This document shows positions 37,991 through 50,321 of a stretch of 64,000 nucleotides of DNA, in pieces. The notes under the pieces were generated by a model. It was not told the DNA's origin. It saw nothing but the letters and a program-made list of their open reading frames with translations, and did not search any database. A program made the position numbers and the translations under genes. The stretch spans positions 75,144,001 to 75,208,000 of the forward strand of contig NC_083232.1 in assembly GCF_032191835.1 (NCBI RefSeq), written 5' to 3'. The stretch is from Heteronotia binoei. Its lineage: Eukaryota. Positions within the stretch are counted from its first letter, which is position 1. Each line of letters starts with the position of its first letter.

Positions 37991-38457
37991 CTGTTTGGCA
38001 AACAAGGCATTTCCAAAAAACCAACCATTAAAATAACATAGAGCTGATTAATTAATATTCTTACCAGGCTCCTTAAACACAGTGGCTGCCTGGGGGTGCA
38101 TTTGTGCTGCTAGATCTTCCTCATCTGAAATAACCTCTGTCAAAAAACCAGATCAAATTAATTCAGAAAACTTTACATTTACATCTTTACAGCTTGTTTG
38201 TGTCATAAAAAAAGAACTTGTAAAATTTTATTTACCTATGTCATTAATAGTGTATTGATACAATTCAATCATGCTGCTAATAGCTACTGATTCTAACTCC
38301 TGCGATTCCATACACAAATCATCATTGAGGTAATCTGAAACCAGAATTAAGGTACTTGTTAAATGTCTATTTGCTGGTAGTTCTACATCCACACAACCCC
38401 CCCTCCTCATACCAAAATTTCTTATCTTGATAATCATTGAGCTGTGTTGCCATGATG
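37991..38457 (-). pseudogene. Putative spliced gene segment inside the Polinton-like element: exons 38457-38413 (45 nt), 38334-38236 (99 nt), 38136-38065 (72 nt); introns of 78, 99 and 74 nt
   Basis: Canonical sites: acceptors CTTTCAG, GGTTTCAG, TTTTGACAG and CCAAACAG; donors G|GTATGA, AG|GTAAAT and TG|GTAAGA. Exon lengths are multiples of 3 and stay open in phase 1 (...DYLNDDLCMESQELESVAISSMIELYQYTINDI-EVISDEEDLAAQMHPQAATVFKEP...). Product unidentified. Confidence 0.6.
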
Positions 38458-38489
38458 CTGAAAGTTGTATGTTTACAGCTGATCTTAAA

Positions 38490-40290
38490 AGTTTTTGTTG
38501 CATTAAAGATGATCCTTCACATATCCTTAATATAGTTATTTGGGGATGGGAGGGGGAGTCAGAAAATATATGGCAACTTGACTCTGAAAATATATCGTGT
38601 GAGAACCTAATTTCCTGAGTTCTCTCTCTGTTTATCTTGACTGGTCTAAGCACTTGATCTTTTAGGACAGTTTGAGGGGTCAAATACTTTTGTCTCACAA
38701 TTAGCAATATATAAGATTGATCAGATTAGAAGGCTGAGAGAGAGATATTTCTACAGTTCTCACCATAAAATCACTGCCTTTTTAGGACAGTTGACCTTTT
38801 AGGATAGTTTCCCAGACACGGTTCTGTGAGAAATCTTGTTTTGACAGCCAGAGCTAGATTCCCCAGCCTGGAGACTGGCAAGCTCCCTGTGTGGTCGCAG
38901 AGAACAGAGGGAGTTTTCATGATCGTCTGAGAACAGGTTGATGAGGCAGTCTTTATCCCCAACAATGAAGACAGGGGTTGGGTTTTAAGCTATATAGCTG
39001 TGACCAGACACAGTGATTATTTTTCATTTCAAGGGGGGAGAAGCCAGCATTAATACAAAATTAAAAATTGAAGCTGTAATACCATTTATGATATGCAGAT
39101 AGTCACAATAATTTGCAATGTTATAAGCAAATATTACTAAGGTGGTGTTGTGAATGCCTAACTGCTTAATAAGTACTATACATTGTGTAAAAAATAAAAT
39201 TTCTTTTTTGAGTGATTCATATTGTGGCAAGCACTCTCAGACCACAGAACTAATTTTTTTTTTAAAATGTCCATTGCTTTGAAGTGTGAGGGAAACTAAT
39301 TACTTTAAAACATATAACTAACAGACACAGGCAATACAAACTGGGGCTGCCAACAGCGCTTATAAAAACTTTCCCTCCTCATTTTCTCCTCATAACAACC
39401 CTGAAAGGTTAGGCTGAAAGAGAGAGTGATTAGGCCCAGGTTACGCCCTGAGTCCGTTTGTGAAGAGGGTGGGATATAAAGCCAGAGTAAGTTAATAAAT
39501 AAAAAACAAAATTACCACCTAGCGGGGTTTCTTAGCAGAGTGGGGGTTTCAAATTTGGGTCTCCCAGATTCCAGTCTAACACTTTACCGCTATGACACGC
39601 TGACTCTAGAAATTCTGCCAGCGGATTTCTCTGAGCTGGATATATTTGGAGATCCTTAATAAGAATTATACGGCTTTCCTGTTTAGGGCAATGTACAGAA
39701 ATCTTTTTGTAATTTGCCAAGATTCTTTTGGTTGCATTGTTGAGCCTGATCCTAGTTTTGGCTTCTGTTTATATCTGTTTGGGTGGGGGACTCAGAAAAT
39801 ATGTGGCAACTTGACTCTGAAAATATATCGCGTGAGAACCTAATTTCCTCAGTTCTCTCTCTGTTTATCTTGACCGGTCTAAGCACTTGACCTTTTAGGA
39901 CAGTTTGAGGGGTCAAATACTTTTGTCTCACAATTAGCAATATATAAGTTCGATCAGATTAGAAGGCTGAGATATATATTTCTACAGTTCTCACCATAAA
40001 AATAACTGGCCTTGAGCAGTTGACCTTTTAGGACAGTTTGTGGGGTTAAATACTTTTGTCTCACAATTAGCAATATATAAGATCGATCGACTTAGAAGGT
40101 GGGAAACGATACCTTGGAATTCACTTTCCCCAGACACGGTTCTGTGAGAACTCATTTGCAAGGTTTTGTGTTTTGTTTTGACAACCAGAGCTAAATTCTC
40201 CAGCCTAGAGACTGGTAACCTCCCTGTGCTTGCAGAGGACGAGAGACAGTTTTCATGATCGTCTGAGAACAGATTGATGAAGCTGCTAGA
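38490..40290. repeat. Dispersed direct duplication within the element (~38490-38950 vs ~39720-40290), with an extra partial internal repeat at ~40015-40100
   Basis: Shared blocks such as GGCAACTTGACTCTGAAAATATATCG.GTGAGAACCTAATTTCC, CAAATACTTTTGTCTCACAATTAGCAATATATAAG (three copies) and TTTTCATGATCGTCTGAGAACAG. Confidence 0.9.
39350..39600 (-). mobile_element. Old MIR/Squam3-like SINE nested in the Polinton-like element
   Basis: CCTCATAACAACCCTG..AGGTTAGGCTGA...GGCCCAGGTTAC and CCCAGATTCCAGTCTAACACTTTA are reverse MIR-like core and head. Confidence 0.6.
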
Positions 40291-40422
40291 AAGATAGGTT
40301 TTAATGTTAATAAGAAACTGTAGGTGTTTGCAATTAATAATTAACAGGGCAGTGTTATTAGAATGGGTTGCAGAACTAGCCATGAATGTCTTTGCAACAG
40401 TTTCCCCCGTAAAACACACTGA

Positions 40423-41407
40423 GAACATAAGAGCATAAGAGAAGCCATGTTGGATCAGGCCTATGGCCCATCCAATCCAACACTCTGTGTCACACAGTGC
40501 CCAATATAGGTGTGTGTATGTACACACACCCACACTGTGGCTAATAGCCTCTGCTCCATATTTTTATCCAATCCCCTCCTAAAGCAGGCTATGCTTGTAG
40601 CTGCCACCACCTCCTGCAGCGGTGAATTCCACATGTTAATCACCCTTTGGGTGAAGAAGTACTTCCTTTTATTTGTTTTAACCTGACTGATCAGCAATTT
40701 CATTGAATGCCCACGAGTTCTTGTATTGTGAGAAAGGGAGAAAAGTACCTCTTTCTCTGTTTTCTCCACCCCATGCATAATCTTGTAAACTTCAATCGTG
40801 TCACCTCGCAGTCGACGTTTCTCCGAGCTAAAGAGCCCCAAGTGTTTTAACCTTTCTTCATAGGGAAAGTGTTCCAAACCTTTAATCATTCTAGTTGCCC
40901 TTTTCTACACTTTTTTCCAATGCTATAATACCCCTTTTTGAGGTGCGGTGACCAGAACTGTACACAGTATTCCAAATGAGTCCGCACCATCGATTTGTAC
41001 AGGGGGGGCATTATGATACCGGCTGCTTTGTTTTCAATCCCCTTCCTAATAATTCCCAGCGTGGCGATGGCCTTTTTTATCACAATTGCACACTGTCTTG
41101 ACATTTTTTTAGTGAGTTTTCTACCCCCCCCCCCAAGATCTCGCTCTCTCTTGGTCAGTCTCTACCGGTTCACACCCCCATCAACTTGTATTTGTAGCAG
41201 GGATTCTTGGCCCCGATGTGCATTATTTTGCACTTGGCCACGTTGAACCTTATCTGCCACGTTGTCGCCCCACTCACCCAGCCTTTGGAGTGCCTCGCAA
41301 TCCTCTCTGGTTTTCACCACCCTGAACAATTTAGTGTCATCTGCAAACTTGGCCACTTTGCTGCTTACTCCCGACTCAGGTTCATTAATGAACAAGTTAA
41401 AGAGCAC
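40423..41407 (-). mobile_element. 5'-truncated CR1 LINE (RT C-terminus plus 3' UTR) nested in the Polinton-like element
   Basis: Frames read LFNLFIN...KFADDTKLF, LYKSMVRTHLEYCVQFWSP and RRLRGD.IEVYKI...TRGHSMKL; tail (TCTTATG)n-like at 40423-40440; frameshifted. Confidence 0.92.
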
Positions 41408-41509
41408 GAGTTGTATCGACACGCAATCTGATGCAACGTGATGTTAAAGGGACGTGTTACACCTATAAGATTAGCTGTGTTCAGTTTTAAAGCCATCATT
41501 TTATCTGTT

Positions 41510-41827
41510 GGGTATGTCTCCTCTCCAAACTATGGCTGCTTAGAACTGTTGCATCTCCACAATTCTCTAAATAACGTCTGTGTTGCAAAACATGCTTTTC
41601 CTCAAACAATATGAAGCCTGCTGCACCAGTAGCTGACCCTCCTTCCCCCCTTAGGAAACATCTGGCATTCCTTGGGGGGGGGTGGATCCCTAGCCGCCCC
41701 CTCGGGGACTGTTGCATCACTCCCTCATAAGGAAACATATGACGCTCGTTTTTGTGTGGGTGGGGCATGCATGTGTGGGCAGGGCAACTGTCACTTTGAT
41801 GATGATAGGGGCCCCCTAGCTACTACT
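41510..41827 (-). repeat. Right terminal inverted repeat of the Polinton-like element
   Basis: Ends ...GCCCCCTAGCTACTACT immediately followed by TSD TGAAAG. Confidence 0.95.
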
Positions 41828-42539
41828 TGAAAGGTAATCAGATTAAATCTGGTGCATGGGATATGCGTGCAAAGAGGATGTACTATGATAATGCCACACT
41901 GGCCTCCATAAAATTGCCTCTGTTTAGGGTTGCCAGCACTGCCTTGGCAACTGCTGAGAATTTTTTGAAGACAATGCTTGAAGAGGGTGGAATTTGGGGA
42001 GGATGTGACATCATTTCCAGATGGATTTCTCTTAATCTTTCTGGTAAAGGCCAAAAAGAAATGGGAAATGGGAAAATTCCTAGAATATCACTAGGGAGGC
42101 TATTTTCCAGACATTTCTCTCTTGCTTCAATTTCTTATGGTTGGTAGGGAGGGCTGGGGCCATGGGTAGGGGTTTATGCATTGCAGGTAGGCAGATGGCC
42201 AACCTCTGGCTGAGTTCCTGCCAATTTGATTTAACTTTAGGTAAACTTACTCAGACACGTTCCACTGAGTTCGGTGGACTTTATACTATGGTTTATTTAT
42301 TTATTGCACTTGTATCCCGCTCTCCCCAAATGGGCTCAGGGCGGCTAACTACAGTCACAATTCGATGACAGATTCACATTATAACAATAAAACATTATTA
42401 AAACATTAAAATATTAAAAATGTTTAAATACAGTTCAGATGGCGTTCTGTCCACGGAAAAGGCTCTTGCCCTTGTAGTGGTCAAACAGGCATCCTTTAGA
42501 CCAGGGATGTTTAACAGATTTATCGAGCTTATTGCACAG

Positions 42540-42750
42540 TGTAGTGTTGTAGTGGTTAGTGTCAGATTAGGAGGCCCAGGTTCAAATCCTCATCCAGCCA
42601 TGAACCTCACTAGCTTTTATTCTCAGCCTAAGCCCACCTCGGAGAGTTGTTATGTGGATAGAATAGAGGAGGGGACAACCATGTATACAATCCTGAGTTC
42701 TTTGGAGGGAGGGCAGGATAAAAAGGCATTGAAATTAATAAAAATAAAAT
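42540..42750 (+). mobile_element. Old MIR/Squam3-like SINE
   Basis: GTGTTGTAGTGGTTAGTGTCAGA...CCCAGGTTCAAATCC...GGCAGGATAAAAA. Confidence 0.65.
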
Positions 42751-45700
42751 AATATCTTCATATGTTGATTTTCTTTTATTGATATGGTAAAGGAGCAACA
42801 AGTGAGTAGAATATTCTCCTTTACTGATTTTGGCTTGATGCTTAACATGTACTTATTTTATGCGCCTTCCTCACAGTTCAAACATCGAAGTTGATTCCTA
42901 TCCAGAAAAGTTTTATTAACATATTTGGGTTTGATTTCCTCATTACTGAAATGAAGGGCTGCAGTTAGAAAGGCTGGTCCCCCTCCTCCTTTTCATTGCT
43001 TGCTGATCTGTTGAAGGCCAGTAGGAGGATTTTTTTTAAAAAAATGCCACACCTGTGCTTTGTTGTCACTTCTGGCAAATACCCAGAATCGACATCACCT
43101 TGCGGACACAACAATGAGGTGATGCTATAGGATTTGGGCAAAATTCTATGGTTTTACCATAGAATAGTTTTGGTGTTCACCAGAAGGGATGCCACTCCGC
43201 TAGCATGGTGTCATTTCCTGATGTTGCCCCCCCCCCACCAAAGCATGATGCCATTCCCCTTGCTCCTGTGTTCCCCCATCCTCTGATTGCCCACCATTGG
43301 CTTGAAACCCTAGCTGCGGTTGTGAAGACATCTGCACTATCTTTAGTCTTACCGTGATGCAGGCTTTCACTGTTGTCTAGGAGAACTTTTTGTAGGAGGT
43401 AATCACGCCCCAGTGAATGGTGCAGAATGCTTGAAGGACATTGCCATTTTGATCTTCTGTTTGCCCCTTTTCAGGGTGTTATGCTTGTGTGAGGGGAAAT
43501 GCTAAAATTAGCTTAAAATTATTCAAACTCACTAAGTCATGGTGAACCAGTGTGTGGTGACATGCTAAATGTAATTAAACCAAGCTTGGCTGCTCTCATG
43601 TCTAGCCACTGTTGTCTTCCATGGAAGTTTTATACTGCTGTTGTTCTGAACTTTTTTTTTCTATTGAAGAAGTTCTTGTTGAGGAATAACTGTAATATCT
43701 AGGGTCTTAGCTCTACCAGCTCACTAATATTATCCAGTAAGTACCAAAACTACAAGGTCAGGGTCCAAATCAAATCACCACCTAGGGAGGCAGATGTTGA
43801 CATATCATTATTAAAACCCCACTCCAAATAAGCCATTTTAGCTTTTAGCTATGAGTCAGCAAGCAGCCAGCTGACAGCTTACACTTCTAGAACTTTCCAG
43901 AACTGATTTATGACAGCTATGAAAAGAAACATGCTCTGCTCTTATTGGTGTCCAGGAAAGATATAAAGTGTTACTTTCAGCTGCTAAAACATGGATTAAT
44001 TTTTGAAATAAAGGTTGATTTCAAAACTTCAGGTGTATCGACAGAGGATGTTGTTGCTGAAAGTCTTCTCATAGCCCCACTGTCACTTTTTAGCTGATTG
44101 TTACTGAACTTTCTATTAAATTAACAGACCAGCATTTTTTGAACTTATTCCTTTCAGGGAACTGTTTCAATCTTGGGTCTTCCAAGAAATTCTGACATAT
44201 CTGGTTGTGTCTTGAGGATGATTCTTGAGACAAGAATCTTTTAGGGTGTAGTGGCAAAGAGTAAATCAAGCTGTTTGGCCTGCCCTGTTTGAACAGAGAA
44301 CACTTCCAACATTCCTTTGTGGTTGTGCATTGCATAGGAAGATCAGTATCAGTAGAGAATTTGTCTTTCAAGCAACTTGTTCTCTATTATTGATCTTCCT
44401 GGAGAGCAATTGTTAAGTATTTGATGAATCCAAGTAAAAAACACTGCCAGGACTGGGGCCAGAAGCTGCATAGGAGATTTTGGTCTCAATTTGGTCCTGA
44501 ATGCCATGTCTCATCAAAACTCTGTAGCCACTCAGTCTACATGTTGTAAAGCTGGCAGAAATGCACATGCACTTTAGAGCAGATCTTCATTCCAGTCAGG
44601 GCTTGGATTCAGCAGGAGCTCAAAGGAGCGCAGCTCCTGAACCTCCAGCCAGGGTCTACATGCAGCGAGGAGTTCTCTCCCTGCTGCACACAGATCCCAG
44701 GGCATATGCAAATGAGATATGCTACTGAGCTGCTGCACCTTTTCCCCCTACAAAATGACCCCTGATTCCAGCTATAAGACAACTAGCAGCATTCCAAAAC
44801 AATATATATATTTTTTTCAAGTCAGGAAGGACCTTAGGTGAGTCTCCTGTTGTCAGGGGAAGAAGGAGTGGCCAGGGAGTCCTGGGAACATTTCTAAATG
44901 AATAAAAGATGGGAGGTTTCCAGGTGAGGAGTGAAGTTTGGAGGCAGTCCTGGCCTGATCAGTGAACTGGGGCTTTATAACAGTAGGGTTGCTAAATGGT
45001 TTCACCCAAAATACCAGGCACACCAGATAACAAATTTGTTAACCTCTCCCCATAGAGTCACAGAATTGGAAGGGGCCATACAGGAGCCCACAATTAGGGT
45101 TTTCAGCCTCCTGCTCATGGCGGGGTTTAGTGTTTGGGCCCCCAACCCACTGGCACAAAGCTAGCTGGTGGGGGGATCCCTACCCCCAAAGAGCTCCACT
45201 GTGCCCGATGTGCCCATCATGATGATGTCACCCAGAAATGATGTCATCATGCTGAGCATGTTATGCAGGGGATGCTCTAGCAATTTGGATAGAAACTCTA
45301 TGGCACTATAAAAACTTCCCCCCACTTCTCAGTTTATTTACTGGACAGAAAGGAAAAGAACTGTCCAATTCAAAACTGGACACTTGGCAACCCTATTTGT
45401 CTGGCAGTACTGGGATATCTAGCCCAAGACTAGGATTGCCAGGTTTCTCCTGGCAGCTGACAAACTATGTGGAGTGGGCTTACTGGGAGCTGGGAGTTTC
45501 ATCCAACATTTCAGCAACATACTCACGTGACTTTCAACATGACCTGGAAGTGATGCAGGTATGTTGGGGAAACGCTCTACTTTTGGGGCAAAAACTCTAT
45601 GGTAGTATTAGCTATCATTGAGTTTTTGCCCCAAACCCAGAGCATCACCTTGACATCCCTGATGTGCCTATGTCACTTCCGGGTCATGTTGACATCACAT

Positions 45701-46885
45701 AGGCACAATTAACTAATTAAAATCTTACAGTAAAACAATTAAAACATTTTAAAAACAGTTTGGTGCTAATAATAATAATAATAATTCTTCCTGAGGTATC
45801 TATTCTAATCCAGTTAATTTGATAGAATTAGGTGTGTCCTTCTTCCTGGGTGCCTTTTGTGCTGGCGATGGCCAGAGACCATTTTTTAGCCTGACACAAA
45901 GACAGAGTTGCCTTGTGATGGTGAAGGCTTCTTTGCAACATACCATATTTTTTGCACCATAAGACTCACTTCCCCCCCCCCAAAAAAAGTGGAGGAAAAA
46001 GTGTGTGCGTCTTAAGGAGCGAATACTGCAAAAAATTCACACAAATGCCTCTAAATTCACACAAACAGCTCTAAAAACTAGGTGCGTCTTATGCACACAA
46101 TCAAATGAACACTTAATGTTTCCGTCATCATCCAGCAAGTTTCAGGCATGCATAAAGCAGCTCCAAAAAACTGTGTTAAAATTATTTTATAATTGCCAAT
46201 AAGACAGCTTCATTTGAGTTATGATATTCACTCATCCATCACAGCCTTTTACCTTTTAATTTCCCAAATACTCATTTTTTTCTTTGTTAAAAAGCTCACT
46301 TTCCTTCTACAGTTACAATTATGTTTATTAGGCCACTGTTTCTTGTGTTTCTTCTCTGCCCTGCAGTGCCATAACCATAATCAATGTATCCTAAAAACTT
46401 GCTCCGTCTAGGGCCACGAATGCTAACAGGCAGTAATTATAACTGTACAGTTTATCTATGGGGGTCATTGGAGGGCTGAGTTAATACTCTTGTTTAGGTA
46501 CATTAGCGACGCTTTTCTGTACTTCAAGACATTTAGCTTTTGGAAAATTGTGATGATGACTCCCAATTTTCTTGTTTTGTAAAGCTTGTGTTAGAGATAA
46601 TTAAAACATCCTTATAATGATTTTTACCTTCAAGTTGCTAATATGTACTCAACCTTACACTTTGGCTCAGCAGAGGTGTTTTTCCCCCTCTCTAGCAATG
46701 TGGAAAAGATAGGGTACACACAGACACTTTAAATGTGGAAGAATGGATATACAGAGATATTTTTAAACCATCTTCAGACGTTTGAAAGGAAGTTCATCTT
46801 TGGAGGTGCAGTGTAGGATGATAGCAGCAGATCCCCATCTGTGTTCATTCATAATATCTCTGTATGCAGCCAACAGAGATACATA

Positions 46886-47067
46886 CAAGGCTTTTTTTGT
46901 AGCAGGAACTCCTTTGCATATTAGGCCACACACTCTCAATGTAGCCAATCCTCCTGAAGCTTACAGTAGATCCTGTACTAAGAGCCCTGTAAGCTTTTGA
47001 AGCATTGGCTACATCAGGGGTGTGTGGCCTAATATGCAAAGGAGTTCCTGCTACAAAAAAAGCCCTG
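46886..47067. mobile_element. Palindromic hAT-like MITE
   Basis: Arms (CAA/CAG)GGCTTTTTTTGTAGCAGGAACTCCTTTGCATATTAGGCCACAC mirrored at both ends; related copies at ~54759-54877 and ~61483-61667. Confidence 0.8.
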
Positions 47068-47166
47068 ACATACATGTGTGTACGGCTCTCTGCACAGTCA
47101 GGAACCCTGCAGTTTCAGCATACCTGTTCACCAAGAAAGCTTTATGCCTATATATTTGTGTCTGTA

Positions 47167-47743
47167 TAAGGATGTCAAACTCATTTGTTATGAGCGCCGA
47201 ATCTGGCATAAATGAGACCTTGTTGGGCCGGGCCATATTGGGCCATGTCGGACTGGGCCATCTGTGTACCTATTTAAGATTAGGTAGCAGAGACATAAAT
47301 TTAATAAAGGACACAGACACACATAATTTAAGGGTTTTTAAAAAACAAAACATGCTTAAAACGTTAGCACTCATTGGTCTTAAAGTGCTTTCTTTGCGTC
47401 TTTCCCATGGTATCCAGGGAACTGGGCAAAAGAAGTTCTGACTCTTTCCTTCCTTCCCCAGGGAACCAGGAGGGGGATGAGCCTCAGCCAATTGAAGGAA
47501 GAGAGGCTTGGCTCAGTAGCTCTGCGGTGCAATTGGGAGAGCCTGGCAAAGCAAGCTATCCCTCCCTCCCCTTCCTCCCCAAAGGAGGAGCCCCAGTCAC
47601 TGGAGAAAATAGAAGTTTTGCTCTGTAGTTCCTGTGCGATTGAGCAAGACTTGAAAAGCAAGCTGATATGCAGAAGGAAGCAGATGACAGCCAGTTGCTC
47701 GGGGGCCTGATTTGGCCTCCGGGCTGCATGTTTGACACCCCTG
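47167..47743. mobile_element. Non-autonomous hAT (Charlie-like) element
   Basis: Right TIR GTTTGACACCCCTG followed by CTCTAGAT; left TIR degenerate (TAAGGATGTCAAAC). Confidence 0.65.
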
Positions 47744-48465
47744 CTCTAGATTGTAGGTAGGTAGAGCTTGCCACCATGACCCCATTCTCCTCATGCTTTT
47801 ATTAACCTCTTTTCCCACAGGTCTAAAGAGGGTTCCACCTGTCTGGATACCTGTCTGAATTTATCCCTACTGAAGCAAGAATGGCAGAAATAACACATTT
47901 TTAGGCGAGAATGCTTTAAAGGACACAGCAGTAGGCACAATCCTCTCAGTGGTAAGATCTGTGGACTGGTAAACATCCTTTTCCTCCTCCTCCCCTTCAC
48001 CACCTTTTGACCTCCTAGCTAGACATTCAAGTGCTAGAATAACCTTTAGGTTGGTAGCATTATTTTCTCAATTTATGCTGGTTACAGTAACTTCATTAAT
48101 GTAAAGGAATTATGTTGATTACACGTTCCTAGACAACAGCAGCTATATCTTCTTTGTTAATACCATGAAATGACTGATAATGAGGTGTGTGTAGAGTAAA
48201 GAAAGGATGCTGTTACCCTGATGGTGATTCAATGCTTGCCTCAGTCACTATTCCTGAAATTATTTATTCCATAGCCTAAATGTACATCCAATGTGACTTC
48301 ATTTAGAATCCACATGAAATAACTATATAACATCCAGTAGCTTTTCCACATGTACCATTGACGGATAGTATATTTGGATGACAGAGACTTGTGACATGTT
48401 AAGCCCACCAATTTTATTTTGGCATACAGTTTTGTGAGCCAGTACTCACTACATCAGGCGCATGA

Positions 48466-48606
48466 NNNNNNNNNNNNNNNNNNNNNNNNNNNNNNNNNNN
48501 NNNNNNNNNNNNNNNNNNNNNNNNNNNNNNNNNNNNNNNNNNNNNNNNNNNNNNNNNNNNNNNNNNNNNNNNNNNNNNNNNNNNNNNNNNNNNNNNNNNN
48601 NNNNNN
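48466..48606. other. Assembly gap (141 N)
   Basis: Run of N; a Penelope-like end motif lies on the left and a hAT-MITE half (48607-48724) on the right. Confidence 1.
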
Positions 48607-50321
48607 GGCTCTCCAGGTGTTTTTGCCTACAACCCCCATAAGCCCCAGCCATTGGCCATGCTGGCTGGAGCTGATGGGAGTTGTAGGCAAAAAAACACCT
48701 GGAGAGCTACCGTTGGCCACCCCTGATATATATAAAGTAGAGCGGCTCCAAACAAACAGAGGGACTTTGCTTGCTTCTCTTCCTTTTACACACTTACCAG
48801 AATGACCCAGGAGCCCTCAGCCAATTGGGGGAAGGCTTACTGTGGTTGTTTCCTTCCTCCTCCTCCCCTCAGCCAAGTGACAGAGGCTTTCTTTCTCTCC
48901 TCTGCAAAGGATTACCTCAGTCCTCAGCCAATGGAACACAACAGAAGTTGAGTGCTGGTTGATGGTCCAAAGGTTGATGCAGTGGATACCACAGCCAATG
49001 GGAGATCTGGAAAGTGTCAATGCCATAGGGCTCTTATATATAGAAGGATAATGAACTCAAGTGCAATAGAGTCAAACCTGCATATTAATTCTAAATCAGC
49101 AGCTTCATGAAGCCTCCCTTTGAATTTTTTTCTTTGCTAAAGCAGGCCAGCTTTAAGTTCCATAACTTGATAGGTAGAAATCATACCTCCCCACACCAAT
49201 TTTGTGAGTGCGTCTGTGACTGATGTCTGATTTATATCCATTTTATTCTCTTTCATAGAGATAGCCTTGTTTAGGTAATGAATGAATTTCCAAAATGGCT
49301 TGCTTACAGTAATGAGAAGCATTTTGGTCTCTACTCCGGGGGTAGCACAGTGATAAGGCAGATTTTGGGGGAAATTTAAGAGAAAATGATGATAGAGCAA
49401 GTTTAACTGGGGAGATGGTACTGATGGATTCAAGCTTCACTGCAGACAAAGTGACAGACCTAAGTAACAGATACTTTAATAGAGACTGTGCACAAATTTG
49501 GCTGCAGAAGCACATGATTTGGATTAGAAATGAGCTGGCCCCAGACCAGACTACAGTCTCAAGGCCACAGTGTGCCTCCGTTAAAAATGAACAACTACAA
49601 AATCTATGAGTAAAGTGGTCCAATCAGACAGGCATCCTTTATCCAAGACGGTATCATGATAGGCCCTAGTGAAGACTGTCTGAAAGGTTCTTGTTAGTTA
49701 ATATTCAGTGAAGAGATGCTTGTATATCTGGAGATTAATTTTTTTCCTCTGTCCCCACCTTTGATTTGTGTTAATTATACACTTTCATACAGCATACACT
49801 CAGGATTTCATTTCATCTGTAGAATAAACATTGTATGCAAGGTGGAATCTTCTACTGTCAGCCAAGAAAAGCACTACATTCATTAGACAGAGCTCTGCTT
49901 TTGTGCTGAAGGCCAAACACCACAGAATGTTTCTTATTTTTTTGAAACACCACATTCCACCTGAAACATAATATTTTACACTGGAACCATTCAGACATTA
50001 ATCTGAGAAGATACCGAGTGTCATGTATGAAAATTAGCTGTGAAGCTGATCATGGAATTAGACACAGACAAACAGGTCTGAGGCAAACTTAGCTGTAACA
50101 AGGAGACTGGGAGTGTGTTGTGAGCTTCATGCTCCCTTCCCCTTCCCTCTCTCATGTATGTTCTCTCTGACTTACCCTAGGGTCAGAGATGGCATCATCT
50201 TACCCTGAGGTAGGTAGCTGCCAGTGCCTAGGGTTCCAGGCGGGGCCCACTGCTGCTGACCCCACCTACGCACCTCCCCTGTTACCTGTCTGTATGTCCT
50301 TCCCCCTCTGTTTGCTTGAAG

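Larger units (their letters stand above)
34671..41827 (-). mobile_element. Polinton/Maverick-derived, internally deleted (non-autonomous) element, 7,157 bp
   Basis: TIRs 34671-34986 and 41510-41827 start 5'-AGTAGTAGCT. Exact 6-bp TSD TGAAAG at 34665-34670 and 41828-41833. Encloses a pPolB N-terminal remnant. AG-repeat termini, long TIRs and 6-bp TSDs are established Polinton hallmarks. Confidence 0.92.

Noticed and set aside
48419-48805. ORFs spanning the N-run
   Set aside because: Artefacts of the assembly gap.
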